Counted from the first letter of the stretch, positions 1 through 9,913 are shown. The stretch: DNA of 64,000 nt from Novosphingobium sp. (GCA_031367905.1 JANLQQ010000154.1:5344-69343), one strand, 5' to 3'. Numbers and translations: made by a program. The notes: generated by a model not told the origin, from the letters alone.

Positions 1-1
1 C

Positions 2-1471
2 CTTCGCCAATCCCAGTCTTTGGTGATGACGCCGCAGCTGCAGCAGGCGATCAAGCTGCTGGCGCTGTCGAACCTTGAAATCGAGGCGTTCATCGGCGAG
101 GCGATCGACGCCAATCCGCTGCTTGAACTGGGCGAAGGTGCGCCTCCTACCGAGCCGCAGGGTGACGACCACGATGTCCGCCGCACTACACTGGAAAGTT
201 CCCCGGTTGACCAACTGATCGGCGAGGGCCGGGCGGCGGATGATCGTCCGCTCGATATTGATCGCACTGCGCTCGACGTCGATCGCGATACTGGCGATAG
301 CAGCCCGGGCGATGCCGATTGGGGCGGCGACTTCCGCAGCGGCGGCGAGGATGGCCCCGACATCGAAGAGCGCCGCCAGCAGTCCGAAACTCTGACCGAG
401 CACCTCCATGCGCAAGTCGGCCCCGCCAGCCACGATCCGCGGACCACCTTCATTGCCCGTTATCTGATCGATCAGCTGGACGAGGCGGGTTATCTGCCCG
501 TGTCGCTGCGCGACATGGCGGGTGAGCTGGGCGTGGCCCTGGCCGAAGCGGAGGACGCGCTGGCACTGATCCAGTCGCTCGATCCGACCGGAGTGGGTGC
601 GCGCGACCTGGCAGAGTGCCTTGCCCTGCAAGCCCAGGAAGCGGATCGCTATGACCCCTGCATGGCCCGCCTGATCGACAATCTCGATCTGCTTGCGCGC
701 GGGGAAATTGCCCGGCTGAAACGGATGTGCGGGGTCGATGACGAGGATTTTGCCGGGATGATGGCCGAGCTGCGCGGCTATGATCCCAAGCCAGGACTCC
801 GGTTTGGCGGCGCTGGCGGCCAGCCGGTGGTGCCCGATATATTGATCAATGCGCGAACCGATGGCGGCTGGGACATCGCGCTCAACCAAGCCACCCTGCC
901 CCGATTGATCGTCAACCGCAGCTATTACGTCGAACTGCGCGGGGCCTGTGATGACAAAGCAGCACGCGGCTGGCTGTCGGAAAAGTTGGCCGACGCGAAC
1001 TGGCTGCTCAAGGCTCTGGACCAGCGGCAGAAGACTATTCTCAAGGTTGCCGCTGAAATCGTCAAACAGCAGGACGGCTTCTTCCGCAGCGGCGTCTCAC
1101 AGCTCCGCCCGCTAACCCTGCGCACCGTGGCCGAGGCGATTTCGATGCATGAATCGACCGTCAGCCGCGTAACCTCGAACAAATATCTCCACTGCGATCG
1201 CGGTACGTTCGAGCTGAAGTTTTTCTTCACCTCGGGCGTCGGCATGACCGGCGGCGAAGGCGGAGCCTCCGCCGAAGCCGTCAAGGCGGCAATCAAGACG
1301 CTGATCGACGCTGAGGACGCCCGCGCGATCCTGTCTGACGACGCATTGGTCGACCTGCTCAAAGCCAGAGGCTTTGACCTCGCCCGGCGGACCGTGGCCA
1401 AATACCGCGAAGCGATCGGACTTGGCAGTTCGGTCCAGCGGCGACGGCAAAAGACCCTGGCGGGGGTGTGA
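2..1471 (+). CDS. rpoN: RNA polymerase sigma-54 factor (5'-truncated by window edge)
   Basis: Frame open from base 2 (LRQSQSLVMTPQLQQAIKLL, region I); HESTVSR HTH; RpoN box ARRTVAKYRE. Confidence 0.97.
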   Translation, partial: LRQSQSLVMTPQLQQAIKLLALSNLEIEAFIGEAIDANPLLELGEGAPPTEPQGDDHDVRRTTLESSPVDQLIGEGRAADDRPLDIDRTALDVDRDTGDSSPGDADWGGDFRSGGEDGPDIEERRQQSETLTEHLHAQVGPASHDPRTTFIARYLIDQLDEAGYLPVSLRDMAGELGVALAEAEDALALIQSLDPTGVGARDLAECLALQAQEADRYDPCMARLIDNLDLLARGEIARLKRMCGVDDEDFAGMMAELRGYDPKPGLRFGGAGGQPVVPDILINARTDGGWDIALNQATLPRLIVNRSYYVELRGACDDKAARGWLSEKLADANWLLKALDQRQKTILKVAAEIVKQQDGFFRSGVSQLRPLTLRTVAEAISMHESTVSRVTSNKYLHCDRGTFELKFFFTSGVGMTGGEGGASAEAVKAAIKTLIDAEDARAILSDDALVDLLKARGFDLARRTVAKYREAIGLGSSVQRRRQKTLAGV

Positions 1472-1494
1472 TCAGGCAGGTGAGTAGTCTCCGC

Positions 1495-2103
1495 TCACGC
1501 CTCCAGCTCGACATCCCAGTAAAGCCAGTCACGCCAGGTTTCGTGCAGATAGCCCGGTGGGAACGCGCGGCCGCGTTCCTGGAGGTGCCAGTTGGTTGGG
1601 CGGATCGGCTGCACTTGCAACGGCATCTTGGCTTGCTGCGGCGTGCGTCCACCTTTGCGCAAATTGCACGGTGCACAGGCGGTCGCGACATTTTCCCAGC
1701 TGGTCTTGCCGCCCAGCCGCCGGGGGATCACGTGATCGAAGGTCAGCTGGCGGGGGCTGCCGCAGTACTGGCAAGTGAACCGGTCACGCAGGAACAGGTT
1801 GAAGCGGGTGAAGGCGGGAAATTCGCTGGGGCGGACATATTGCCGCAGCGCGATCACCGAGGGGATTTTCATGTCGAGCGAGGGCGAATGAACCGCGCGC
1901 TCATAGCTGGCGACAATATCGACCCGTTCGAGGAACACCGCCTTGATCGCGGTTTGCCAGGGCCACAGGCTGAGCGGGTAATAGGACAGCGGGGTATAGT
2001 CGGCGTTGAGGACCAGCGCCGGACAATTGGACAGGTGCCGCGACGGATCGTCGTCCACGCTGCGGAACCGGGCCGCGCGTTCAATCAGCTCGGTTCTGAG
2101 CAT
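1495..2103 (-). CDS. HNH endonuclease (McrA-like, zinc-binding)
   Basis: RDRFTCQYCG...TFDHVIPRRLGGKTSWENVATACAPCNLRKG; N-terminal LVLNADYTPL typical of the stand-alone family. Confidence 0.93.
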   Translation of the reverse strand: MLRTELIERAARFRSVDDDPSRHLSNCPALVLNADYTPLSYYPLSLWPWQTAIKAVFLERVDIVASYERAVHSPSLDMKIPSVIALRQYVRPSEFPAFTRFNLFLRDRFTCQYCGSPRQLTFDHVIPRRLGGKTSWENVATACAPCNLRKGGRTPQQAKMPLQVQPIRPTNWHLQERGRAFPPGYLHETWRDWLYWDVELEA

Positions 2104-2222
2104 GGTCTCCAGTCGCAGTTCAGCGTTACAGTTTCAAGTCGGTTCATGAGCGTGAATCCAGCACGGACAGCGCCATGTCGTCAAGGCTTGCGTATGGTCG
2201 CAATCCACAGGAGGGTGCAGGC

Positions 2223-3068
2223 GTGATCGTTTCCCGCTTTGCCCCCAGCCCCAATGGCCCGCTGCATCTGGGCCATGCCTATGCGGCGATTGTGGCGCAT
2301 GATCTGGCGCATGCGGCGGGCGGCAGGTTCCTGCTGCGGATCGAGGATATCGACGGCACCCGCAGCCGGGCCGAGATGGTGCCCGAAATCCTGGCGGATC
2401 TTGAATGGCTAGGGCTGAGCGGGGACGGCGCGGTGCTGTTCCAGTCCAGCCGGCTTGAAACATATGCCACTGCTGGCGAGAGGTTGAAAGCGATGGGGCT
2501 GTTGTATCCCTGCCACTGCACCCGTGCCGAGTTGCTGGCCAGAGCCGATGGACTGGGGCCGGACGGGCCGATCTATCCCGGGACTTGCCGGGCGCGCGGC
2601 ACTGATCCAGCCGGCGCGGCATGGCGGCTTGATGTGAGCAAGGCGCAGGCGCTCACCGGGCCGCTCGAATGGGTTGACGCGCTCGCCGGGCCGCAACTGG
2701 CAAGCCCGGAAAGCTTCGGCGATGTGGTGCTGCTGCGCAAGGAGGCCCCGGCCAGCTACCATCTTGCCGCGACGCTGGATGATGCGGCCGATGGCGTAAC
2801 GCTGGTCACCCGCGGCGCGGATCTGTTCGCGGCGAGCCACCTCCACCGGCTGCTCCAGGCGCTGCTGGGCTTGCCAGTGCCGCGCTGGCATCATCATGGG
2901 CTGCTGACCGGGGCAGACGGCAGGAAGCTGGCCAAACGGCGCGGCTCGCCCTCGCTTGCCGATTTACGCCGCGCCGGGGGCGATGGCCACGCGCTGGCAG
3001 AGCGATTGCGCCACAAGCGCTTCCCTGCTGGCATTTCGCTCGCACCAGGCGTAGAAGCAGCGCTATGA
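2223..3068 (+). CDS. gluQ: tRNA glutamyl-Q(34) synthetase GluQRS
   Basis: RFAPSPNGPLHLGH, LRIEDID, YPCHC, KLAKR; short, lacks anticodon-binding domain; GTG start at 2223 preferred. Confidence 0.92.
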   Translation: MIVSRFAPSPNGPLHLGHAYAAIVAHDLAHAAGGRFLLRIEDIDGTRSRAEMVPEILADLEWLGLSGDGAVLFQSSRLETYATAGERLKAMGLLYPCHCTRAELLARADGLGPDGPIYPGTCRARGTDPAGAAWRLDVSKAQALTGPLEWVDALAGPQLASPESFGDVVLLRKEAPASYHLAATLDDAADGVTLVTRGADLFAASHLHRLLQALLGLPVPRWHHHGLLTGADGRKLAKRRGSPSLADLRRAGGDGHALAERLRHKRFPAGISLAPGVEAAL

Positions 3069-3298
3069 ACTACATCCTCATCCCGATCATCGCCGTGCTG
3101 ATCATCATGGTCGTCGTCAGTCTGGTCCGCGGTATCATCGCGTTCATGCAAGGCACCAAGCTGGACCTTGAGAGCGACCCCGGCGGCACCGGGGCAACCC
3201 CCAATCAGTTGCTGCAGAACAAGATGATGTTCAACCGCATCAAATATCAGGCAGCCGCAGTGGTAGTAATCGCAATCCTGCTAGCTGTTTCGCGCTAA
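3065..3298 (+). CDS. HIG1-like twin-transmembrane small protein
   Basis: Two hydrophobic helices flanking QNKMMFNRIKYQ; 4-bp overlap with gluQ. Confidence 0.8.
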   Translation: MNYILIPIIAVLIIMVVVSLVRGIIAFMQGTKLDLESDPGGTGATPNQLLQNKMMFNRIKYQAAAVVVIAILLAVSR

Positions 3299-3302
3299 CC
3301 CC

Positions 3303-3872
3303 TTGGTCAAGCTCAACAAGATCTACACCCGCACGGGCGATGACGGGACCACCGGCCTCGTCGACGGCTCGCGCTGTCCCAAGCACGCTGCCCGGATGGA
3401 AGCAATCGGCGCGGTGGACGAGGCCAACAGCGCAATCGGGCTGGCGGTGGTGGCGCTGGGCACTGACGATCACGCCGCCGCGCTGACCCGGATCCAGAAC
3501 GATATGTTCGATCTGGGAGCCGATCTGGCCACTCCCGGCGATGAATTTACGCCGTCTCAGATGGTGCTGCGGATCGTTGCCAGCCAATCCGCTGGGCTGG
3601 AGCAAGCAATCGACGCCCTGAATGAAACCATGCCGCCGCTGACCAGTTTTATCCTCCCGGGCGGCAGCGAAGGTGCGGCCCGCGTCCATATCGCCCGCGC
3701 CGCAGTGCGCCGGGCCGAGCGGGCGATGACTGCGCTGGCCGCAGCGGAACCGGTCAACCCGGCGGCACTTGCCTATGCCAACCGCCTGTCGGATTATCTG
3801 TTCGTCCTTGCCCGCGCGATCAACGCCGCAGGATCGGGCGATGTGCTGTGGATTCCCGGCCAAAACCGATAA
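3303..3872 (+). CDS. PduO-type cob(I)alamin adenosyltransferase
   Basis: KIYTRTGDDGTT, GAVDEANS, FILPGG, RRAER, NRLSDYLFVLAR. Confidence 0.95.
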   Translation: MVKLNKIYTRTGDDGTTGLVDGSRCPKHAARMEAIGAVDEANSAIGLAVVALGTDDHAAALTRIQNDMFDLGADLATPGDEFTPSQMVLRIVASQSAGLEQAIDALNETMPPLTSFILPGGSEGAARVHIARAAVRRAERAMTALAAAEPVNPAALAYANRLSDYLFVLARAINAAGSGDVLWIPGQNR

Positions 3873-3975
3873 AGCGTGATACGAAAAAGTGGGAACCGGT
3901 TTTTCGTAATAAATCACGCGACAACAGAGAATTATAGAGCATGTTGCGATGCAGATTTATCGCATCATGCTCTAG
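3870..3975. repeat. RIME-like double-hairpin intergenic element
   Basis: Hairpin 1 GCGTGAT-ACGAAAAA...TTTTTCGT...ATCACGC (3874-3919); hairpin 2 TAGAGCATG...CATGCTCTA (3935-3974); ends TAAAGCG / CTCTAG. Confidence 0.7.
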
Positions 3976-4034
3976 CCAAGCCTCGCACCACTCGCTAGGC
4001 AGCGCGCTTTGCTGCAATTGCGAAGGGGCAGGCA

Positions 4035-4904
4035 ATGCGGATCATAGCAGTTATCGGTGCCGGCCAGATGGGAACGGGCATCGCCCAGACCGTGGCCCAG
4101 CATGGCATCAAGGTGCTGCTGTCCGATGTCGAGCTGGCGCTGGCTGAAAAGGGCAAAGCGGGTATCGAAAAGGCGCTGGTCCGGCTGGTCAGCCGCGACA
4201 AGTTGACGCCTGCCGAAGCCGAGGCGGCGCTGGCGCGGATCACCCCGCTGGGTGACTACGCCCCGATGATCGAGGCCGATCTGATCATCGAGGCGGCGAC
4301 CGAGAAGGAAGAGATCAAGCACCGGATCTTCGCCGCCGTCGGCAAGGTTCTGCGCGCCGATGCCATTCTGGCGTCGAACACCAGCTCGATCCCGATCACC
4401 CGCATGGCGGTCAGCTCGCCCGATCCGGCGCGGTTCATCGGGCTCCATTTCTTCAATCCGGTCCCGGTGATGGGGCTGATCGAAGTGATCCCCGGCCTTG
4501 CCACCAGCGCAGATACGATCGCCCGCACCCGCGCCTTTGCCGAGAGCCTGGGCAAGCAGGTGGTTCAGGCCGAGGATGAGCCAGGGTTCGTGGTCAACCG
4601 GATCCTGCTGCCGATGATCAACGAGGCGGTGTTCGTGCTGGGCCAGGGCACGGCCAATGTTGCCGATATCGACAAGGGTTGCCGCCTTGGCCTCAACCAT
4701 CCGATGGGCCCGCTGGAACTGGCCGATTTCGTCGGGCTGGATACCTGCCTCGACATCGTCCGGGTGCTTTACAACACCACCGGCGACAGCAAGTATCGCC
4801 CTGCCCCGCTGCTGATGAAATATGTCGAGGCCGGCTGGCTCGGCCGCAAGACCGGGCGCGGGTTCTACGATTATTCGGGCGACGCGCCGGTTCCAACCCG
4901 CTAG
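4035..4904 (+). CDS. hbd: 3-hydroxybutyryl-CoA dehydrogenase
   Basis: GAGQMGTG Rossmann motif, [36 protein letters not shown]. Confidence 0.93.
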   Translation: MRIIAVIGAGQMGTGIAQTVAQHGIKVLLSDVELALAEKGKAGIEKALVRLVSRDKLTPAEAEAALARITPLGDYAPMIEADLIIEAATEKEEIKHRIFAAVGKVLRADAILASNTSSIPITRMAVSSPDPARFIGLHFFNPVPVMGLIEVIPGLATSADTIARTRAFAESLGKQVVQAEDEPGFVVNRILLPMINEAVFVLGQGTANVADIDKGCRLGLNHPMGPLELADFVGLDTCLDIVRVLYNTTGDSKYRPAPLLMKYVEAGWLGRKTGRGFYDYSGDAPVPTR

Positions 4905-4972
4905 CTTATCTCCCCGATGTATCGCAGTTGGTGGCTCGCTCTGGCGCTATGATCCTGCAGGAATAAACGGTC

Positions 4973-5833
4973 ATGACTCTATCTGGCTTTCGCCGCCGAT
5001 TTACCCAGAACGCCATGGATACAGCGCATCCATTTGCCTCTTTGGCGCGCTGGCCAGCCTGGCTGCTGGCCTGTACCAGCGGGCGGGCCACGATAGCACG
5101 TTTCAAGACTGGCGGGCTAAAGATGCAGTTGATCCCCAAGCTCCACAGCTTCGGCTCGACCTCAATCTATATTAAACGCGATTACTACGAGCCCGAACTG
5201 CTTGGTGTGGGCCGCTTGATCAAGCCGGGCAGTGTAGTGCTCGATATCGGCGGCAGCTTTGGCATTTTTGCGCTGTTCATGGCGCATTTCAGTGGCCCCA
5301 AGGGCCGTGTCCACAGTTTCGAGCCCGGCCACTTTTCATTCTCGCAGCTCAGCACCAATGTGGCGTTGAACCGGATGGAGCAACGGATCGTGCTCCATCA
5401 CGCCGCCGCCAGCGACCGATCGGCGACATTGCAGCTGTTTCACATTGGCGGCTCGCCGGTCAATTTCTCGCTTGGCGGCGCGACCGGGATAGCTACCGAG
5501 GAAGTTCCGGCAGTGCGCGTTGCCGATCTGGTCCCAGCCGCCGACGCGGCAAGAGTCAGCTTCATCAAGATCGATGTCGAGGGCTATGAAATTGCCGCCC
5601 TGGAGGGCGCACGGCCAATCATCGAGGCTGCCAAGCCAGTGATCATGTTTGAAGTTTCGGCCTCGGCGCTCGCCCGGCAAGGCCAGGTTCCGCTGGATGT
5701 CTATGACTTTTTGTCCAGCTTCGGCTATCGCTTCTGGATGCTTGAAGGAACGCGCATGGTGCCGGTAGAAGGCACGCCAGATGGGAACATCTTTGCCGCA
5801 ATTGCCGATCTTGCCCAGCACTACGCCGAGTAG
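4973..5833 (+). CDS. FkbM-family SAM methyltransferase
   Basis: VLDIGGSFG, VHSFEP, FIKIDVEGYE motifs. Confidence 0.9.
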   Translation: MTLSGFRRRFTQNAMDTAHPFASLARWPAWLLACTSGRATIARFKTGGLKMQLIPKLHSFGSTSIYIKRDYYEPELLGVGRLIKPGSVVLDIGGSFGIFALFMAHFSGPKGRVHSFEPGHFSFSQLSTNVALNRMEQRIVLHHAAASDRSATLQLFHIGGSPVNFSLGGATGIATEEVPAVRVADLVPAADAARVSFIKIDVEGYEIAALEGARPIIEAAKPVIMFEVSASALARQGQVPLDVYDFLSSFGYRFWMLEGTRMVPVEGTPDGNIFAAIADLAQHYAE

Positions 5834-5840
5834 GGATACA

Positions 5841-6527
5841 ATGGCCGCCCCCTCCCCGATGCACCGGTTGTTCACCAAGCTGATCGCCGGCGCGCCCAAC
5901 CGGCGAACGCGCTTTCATGACGCCACCGGAACGCGGGTGTCGCTATCGCGGTTGATGCGCAACGGATCGCGGGGTCTGGGCGGGGCTATCTTGCGGGTGT
6001 TACTGGGCTACCGCCCGCAGGTCCCGTGGATTTCCTATGATGCGCAGGCGCTGCTGGCCCGGCATCTGACCCCCGCCAGCCGGGTGCTGGAATTTGGCTC
6101 GGGGATGTCGACGCTGTGGTTTGCGGGGCGGGCAGGTGCTATAGTCTCGGTCGAACATCATCCGGAATGGTATGCCAAGGTAAAGGGAATGCTCCCTCAA
6201 GGCCCCGCTATAGACTACCGCCTGGCAAGCGATCCTGCGGCCTATTGCGCCGTGGCGGATGAGGCGGGATTTGATCTGGTGCTGGTCGATGGCCGCTTTC
6301 GCGACCAATGTGTCGCCGTCGGCCTCAAGGTCCTGCGACCGGGCGGCATCCTCTATCTTGATAATTCCGATCATGCGCTGGACGATTATGATGGAGATGT
6401 TCCGCGGGCAGTGGCGCTGATCGAAGCCGCGGCCCGCCAAAATGACTGGCGATTGCAGCGCTTTACCGATTTCGCGCCGACCATGTTCTTTGCACAAGCG
6501 GGGCTGTTGCTCCAGCGGGGGCCATGA
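5841..6527 (+). CDS. Class I SAM-dependent methyltransferase
   Basis: PWISYDA, VLEFGSGMSTLWF, SVEH, DLVLVDGRFR, LRPGGILYLDN; start 5841 or 5859. Confidence 0.85.
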   Translation: MAAPSPMHRLFTKLIAGAPNRRTRFHDATGTRVSLSRLMRNGSRGLGGAILRVLLGYRPQVPWISYDAQALLARHLTPASRVLEFGSGMSTLWFAGRAGAIVSVEHHPEWYAKVKGMLPQGPAIDYRLASDPAAYCAVADEAGFDLVLVDGRFRDQCVAVGLKVLRPGGILYLDNSDHALDDYDGDVPRAVALIEAAARQNDWRLQRFTDFAPTMFFAQAGLLLQRGP

Positions 6528-7540
6528 CCCAGCCTGCGCGCCTGCTCGCCACGGGCTTCGTGGTCGATCGCCCGGGCGAGGGCAGCATTTTCCCGTCGGC
6601 CGGGGGCAATTCGGCCGATCCCAAGGTTCAGGCGATCTATTGGCGCTGCATTGCAGTGCTGTACGCCAGCGCCCGGATTAACAACCCCTCGCTGCCGCTG
6701 GCGCTGTTCACTAATGCGGTTCCGCCAAAGGTGGACAGGATCGATCTGGGCCAGCTATTCGATCGTCTCGAGGTAGAAGTACGACAGGTTCCGCTAACCG
6801 CGCGGCTGGATCAATCGAAAACGCCGATGTGGGGTAACGTCCTCTATTTTCTAGATATTCTGGAATCTGTTGCCGCTTCGGCGCAGGATAGCCAGCGCTT
6901 CGCCCTGCTCGATAGCGATGTTGTGGTGACCGCCCCGCTCGATCGATTGTTCGATCGGTTGGGGGACTGCGACTTCATTGGTTACGCCGTCGAGACGGCG
7001 GTCGACACACCGGTGAACGGCATGACCCCGCGTGAGATGGCCGCCATCGCGACTGCCTCGGATGGGGTGTTGCGCGACACGGTAACCCACTTCGGCGGCG
7101 AGCTGATTGCGACCAGCATCGCTGCCTGGCGTCGCGAGGGGCCGCGCTTTGCCGAATTGTTTGCCCAGGCTGCACGTGACAACGGCAAAGCTGCGGCAAT
7201 CCGCACCGAGGAGCATCTGTGGAGCATTGTGCTCGCCCAGCTGGGCGACCGGGTGATGCTTGGGAACGATATCCTCAAGCGGATCTGGACCAGCCCGCGC
7301 TATCGCACCGCAGAGCCCGGCGATGAAAACTTGCCATTGTGGCACCTGCCCGCCGAAAAGCGGTTCGGTTTTGTCGATCTGTTTCGGGATCTCGCCCGGT
7401 TGGGTTTCCCATTGGCAATGGACCCAGCCGAATTAAAGGCAGTGGCGCAGGCCCGGTTCGGGCTGCCCCGGCCTTCGCCAAACAAGCTGCTGCGCGATGG
7501 AGTACGCCACTTGGCGATCCGCCTCGGCCGGGGTATTTGA
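6524..7540 (+). CDS. Putative GT-A fold glycosyltransferase (GT8-like)
   Basis: FALLDSDVV DxD motif; HFGGE and WHLPAEK; inside polysaccharide locus; 4-bp overlap with upstream gene. Confidence 0.55.
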   Translation: MTQPARLLATGFVVDRPGEGSIFPSAGGNSADPKVQAIYWRCIAVLYASARINNPSLPLALFTNAVPPKVDRIDLGQLFDRLEVEVRQVPLTARLDQSKTPMWGNVLYFLDILESVAASAQDSQRFALLDSDVVVTAPLDRLFDRLGDCDFIGYAVETAVDTPVNGMTPREMAAIATASDGVLRDTVTHFGGELIATSIAAWRREGPRFAELFAQAARDNGKAAAIRTEEHLWSIVLAQLGDRVMLGNDILKRIWTSPRYRTAEPGDENLPLWHLPAEKRFGFVDLFRDLARLGFPLAMDPAELKAVAQARFGLPRPSPNKLLRDGVRHLAIRLGRGI

Positions 7541-7611
7541 TGGTTTTCAGCAAGCTCTGTTAACGATAGAAGGCCGGTTGCGGATGATGGCCGGGACTGC
7601 AGGGGGATTTC

Positions 7612-8220
7612 ATGGAAGACACCACAGCATCGCCGGGTAGTGGCCGCAACCGGCGTAAGCGGCGGCGCAAGGATTCAAACCGGCTTTACGGGCTGGAGTG
7701 GCTACGCTCGCTTGCAGTTGGCCAGATAATATTCCGAGGCATGTGGGTGGTTGCGTTCCTCTATGCTGCATCCGCGCTGTATCAGGTTCGCACCGCAAGC
7801 TACATGTATGGGCCGCTGATGCTGGGCATGACCCGCTCCGAAGCCCGCTATGTCATGGGGTCGCCCCAGGCCGCAGAAAGCGAGACGCAAAACTGGCATT
7901 TTGCCGAGCAGGGGCGGATCATCTCGGTCAGATTTGGGCAGGACAACCGCGTTTTCTCAATCGCTTGTCGGCATCAGGGTGAGACCGCCCTGTCCTGCCC
8001 TGACCTGATCGGAATAGAAATCGGATCAGGCGAAGACCAGCTCTGGCGGCGGTTGGGCGGCGCCCGCGAAGCCTATCGCGATACCAGCAAGACGATGGAT
8101 TATCCTGACTTAAATGCCGCTTTCCGTCTGGAGAAATTGAGCGTGACCGAGATCAAGCTAACGGGCCCGCAGCATGCTCTGTCCTACCTTCCGGTGTGGC
8201 TGTGGGGGCTAGTGCCCTAG
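7612..8220 (+). CDS. Membrane-anchored protein with BamE/SmpA-like repeat(s)
   Basis: Arg-rich N-terminus, one TM helix, LGMTRSEARYVMGSP...WHF, second GIEIGSGEDQLWRRLG unit. Confidence 0.55.
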   Translation: MEDTTASPGSGRNRRKRRRKDSNRLYGLEWLRSLAVGQIIFRGMWVVAFLYAASALYQVRTASYMYGPLMLGMTRSEARYVMGSPQAAESETQNWHFAEQGRIISVRFGQDNRVFSIACRHQGETALSCPDLIGIEIGSGEDQLWRRLGGAREAYRDTSKTMDYPDLNAAFRLEKLSVTEIKLTGPQHALSYLPVWLWGLVP

Positions 8221-8489
8221 CGGGTAGAACTTGCAGGGCGTTGGCGGCGGATCAGATCAACCCCAAGCCACAAGCCTTGCGCCACCGCATAGATCACCAA
8301 CTGCTTCAGCGCAAAAATGTGATACTGCTGACGCAGCACGAAGACAAATCCACTGAGCAGAGCGAGCGACAGCAGATGCGCCACCACAGTCCCGCGCGCA
8401 CCGCTCCACGGCTGTGGCAAGCGCAACGTCAACCGGCTTGTGAAATAGGTGAAAATACAAGCACCAATGAAACGGAAAACAAGCTCCAT
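8217..8489 (-). CDS. Small three-TM membrane protein
   Basis: GGAGG RBS before ATG 8489; three hydrophobic segments; 4-bp convergent overlap with upstream gene. Confidence 0.6.
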   Translation of the reverse strand: MELVFRFIGACIFTYFTSRLTLRLPQPWSGARGTVVAHLLSLALLSGFVFVLRQQYHIFALKQLVIYAVAQGLWLGVDLIRRQRPASSTR

Positions 8490-8569
8490 TCCGCCTCCCA
8501 TAATTTGGCGATGAGACCCTGCTATCATGGCTGCACGCCGGTGCAAAGCCTCCAGCGGTGGTCAACTAG

Positions 8570-9913
8570 ATGAGCCGCAGACGCATTGCCTTGGGCTGGA
8601 GTGCAACAATCGCGGATAAAACCGTGGTGGCGATTACCCAGCTGCTCTCGGTTCCGCTGCTTTCGCTTCACTGGGGGGTCGAGCTTTATGGCCTTTGGTC
8701 GATGCTGTTTGCAGTACCCAGCCTGCTGGCGCTGGGTGACTTCGGGTTCGCCTCGGCTGCCACAGCGCAAGTAACGATGGAAGTCGCCCGCGGGAACATG
8801 GCCGGCGCACGCGCCGCCTATCATGGCTCGCTGCGGATCGTGGTTTTCTTTACGGCAGCGTTGTTCGTTTTTGCCGGGCTCGCCTGTTTTCTTCTGCCCG
8901 ATTCCATTTGGCCGAACCAAGCAGGTTTTTCGCCGGACGATGCGCGAGTGACCGCCTTTGCGTTTTGCTGCTACGCCTTGCTGGTCGTGCTGGGTGCAAT
9001 GGCGTTGGTGGTATTCCGCAGTACTGGTGCAATGGCTTTGGGAACGGTCATCAACTCGTTTACACTGGCGGCTGAGACCACGTTGATTGCGCTGATTGTG
9101 TTCAATGGCGGCGGCTTGGCAGCGGCGGCTTTGGGCATGTTAGGCGCGCGCACCGTTGGCGTTCTGGCGATGGGTACGATCGCATGGAGCCGCAGTCCGC
9201 AGTTGCGTCCCGGTCTTGGCAAACCGGATCAATCGGTCATCAGGGCGCTGGTGCCCGCAGCAATGGCTGGGATGGCAATCACGCTCGGCAATGCATTGCT
9301 GGTCCAGGGCTCGGTGTTGGCGCTGGGACTTGCCGCCGGTGCAGCGGCAGTGCCAGCTTTCACCGCCGCGCGGACTTTGGCGCGATTGGCCTTGCAGGGC
9401 GCACAGACGTTGGCTTTGGTGCTGATGCCCGAATTTGCATCCGCAATTGCGCGGGGTGAGACCGAACGGGCCAACACGCTGGTTGGGGCGGTCGCGCTGG
9501 TAGCGTTGGCATTGTCGCTACCGTTTGCGCTTGGGTTGGCCATTTGGGGGCCGGAGTTGATCACGCTTTGGTCAGGCGGGGCACTGGATGCGGGGCGCGG
9601 ACTGATGATCGCGATGGGGCTCTCCGCATTGGCAGGCGCGCTGTGGGCACCCCTTTCGAGCTTGCTGCTTGCAATCAATCGGCAGGGCAGCTTTTCCTAC
9701 GTTTACATTCTGGCAGCAGCAATTGCCTGCCTTGGCATTTTCGGTTTCGCGGTGCGCTTTGGCAATGTTTCGGCAGGGGTTGCCTTCGCTCTGCTCGACC
9801 TGACTATGCTGGCTATCGTCGCAATTGCGATTGTGCGGATTTGTCCCAATGCGCTCCGGCCCTCACATTTGGCCGCCGCAGCGCAGCTGATCATCTCGCG
9901 GTTTCGGCGTTAA
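8570..9913 (+). CDS. Wzx-type polysaccharide flippase
   Basis: About 12 TM segments, WGVELYGLW and LGDFGF motifs of PST flippases; locus context. Confidence 0.8.
   Translation: MSRRRIALGWSATIADKTVVAITQLLSVPLLSLHWGVELYGLWSMLFAVPSLLALGDFGFASAATAQVTMEVARGNMAGARAAYHGSLRIVVFFTAALFVFAGLACFLLPDSIWPNQAGFSPDDARVTAFAFCCYALLVVLGAMALVVFRSTGAMALGTVINSFTLAAETTLIALIVFNGGGLAAAALGMLGARTVGVLAMGTIAWSRSPQLRPGLGKPDQSVIRALVPAAMAGMAITLGNALLVQGSVLALGLAAGAAAVPAFTAARTLARLALQGAQTLALVLMPEFASAIARGETERANTLVGAVALVALALSLPFALGLAIWGPELITLWSGGALDAGRGLMIAMGLSALAGALWAPLSSLLLAINRQGSFSYVYILAAAIACLGIFGFAVRFGNVSAGVAFALLDLTMLAIVAIAIVRICPNALRPSHLAAAAQLIISRFRR

Noticed and set aside
1495-2103. HNH gene as a mobile homing endonuclease or defence system
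   Set aside because: No intron/intein context, methylase or flanking repeats; resembles the conserved stand-alone HNH family.
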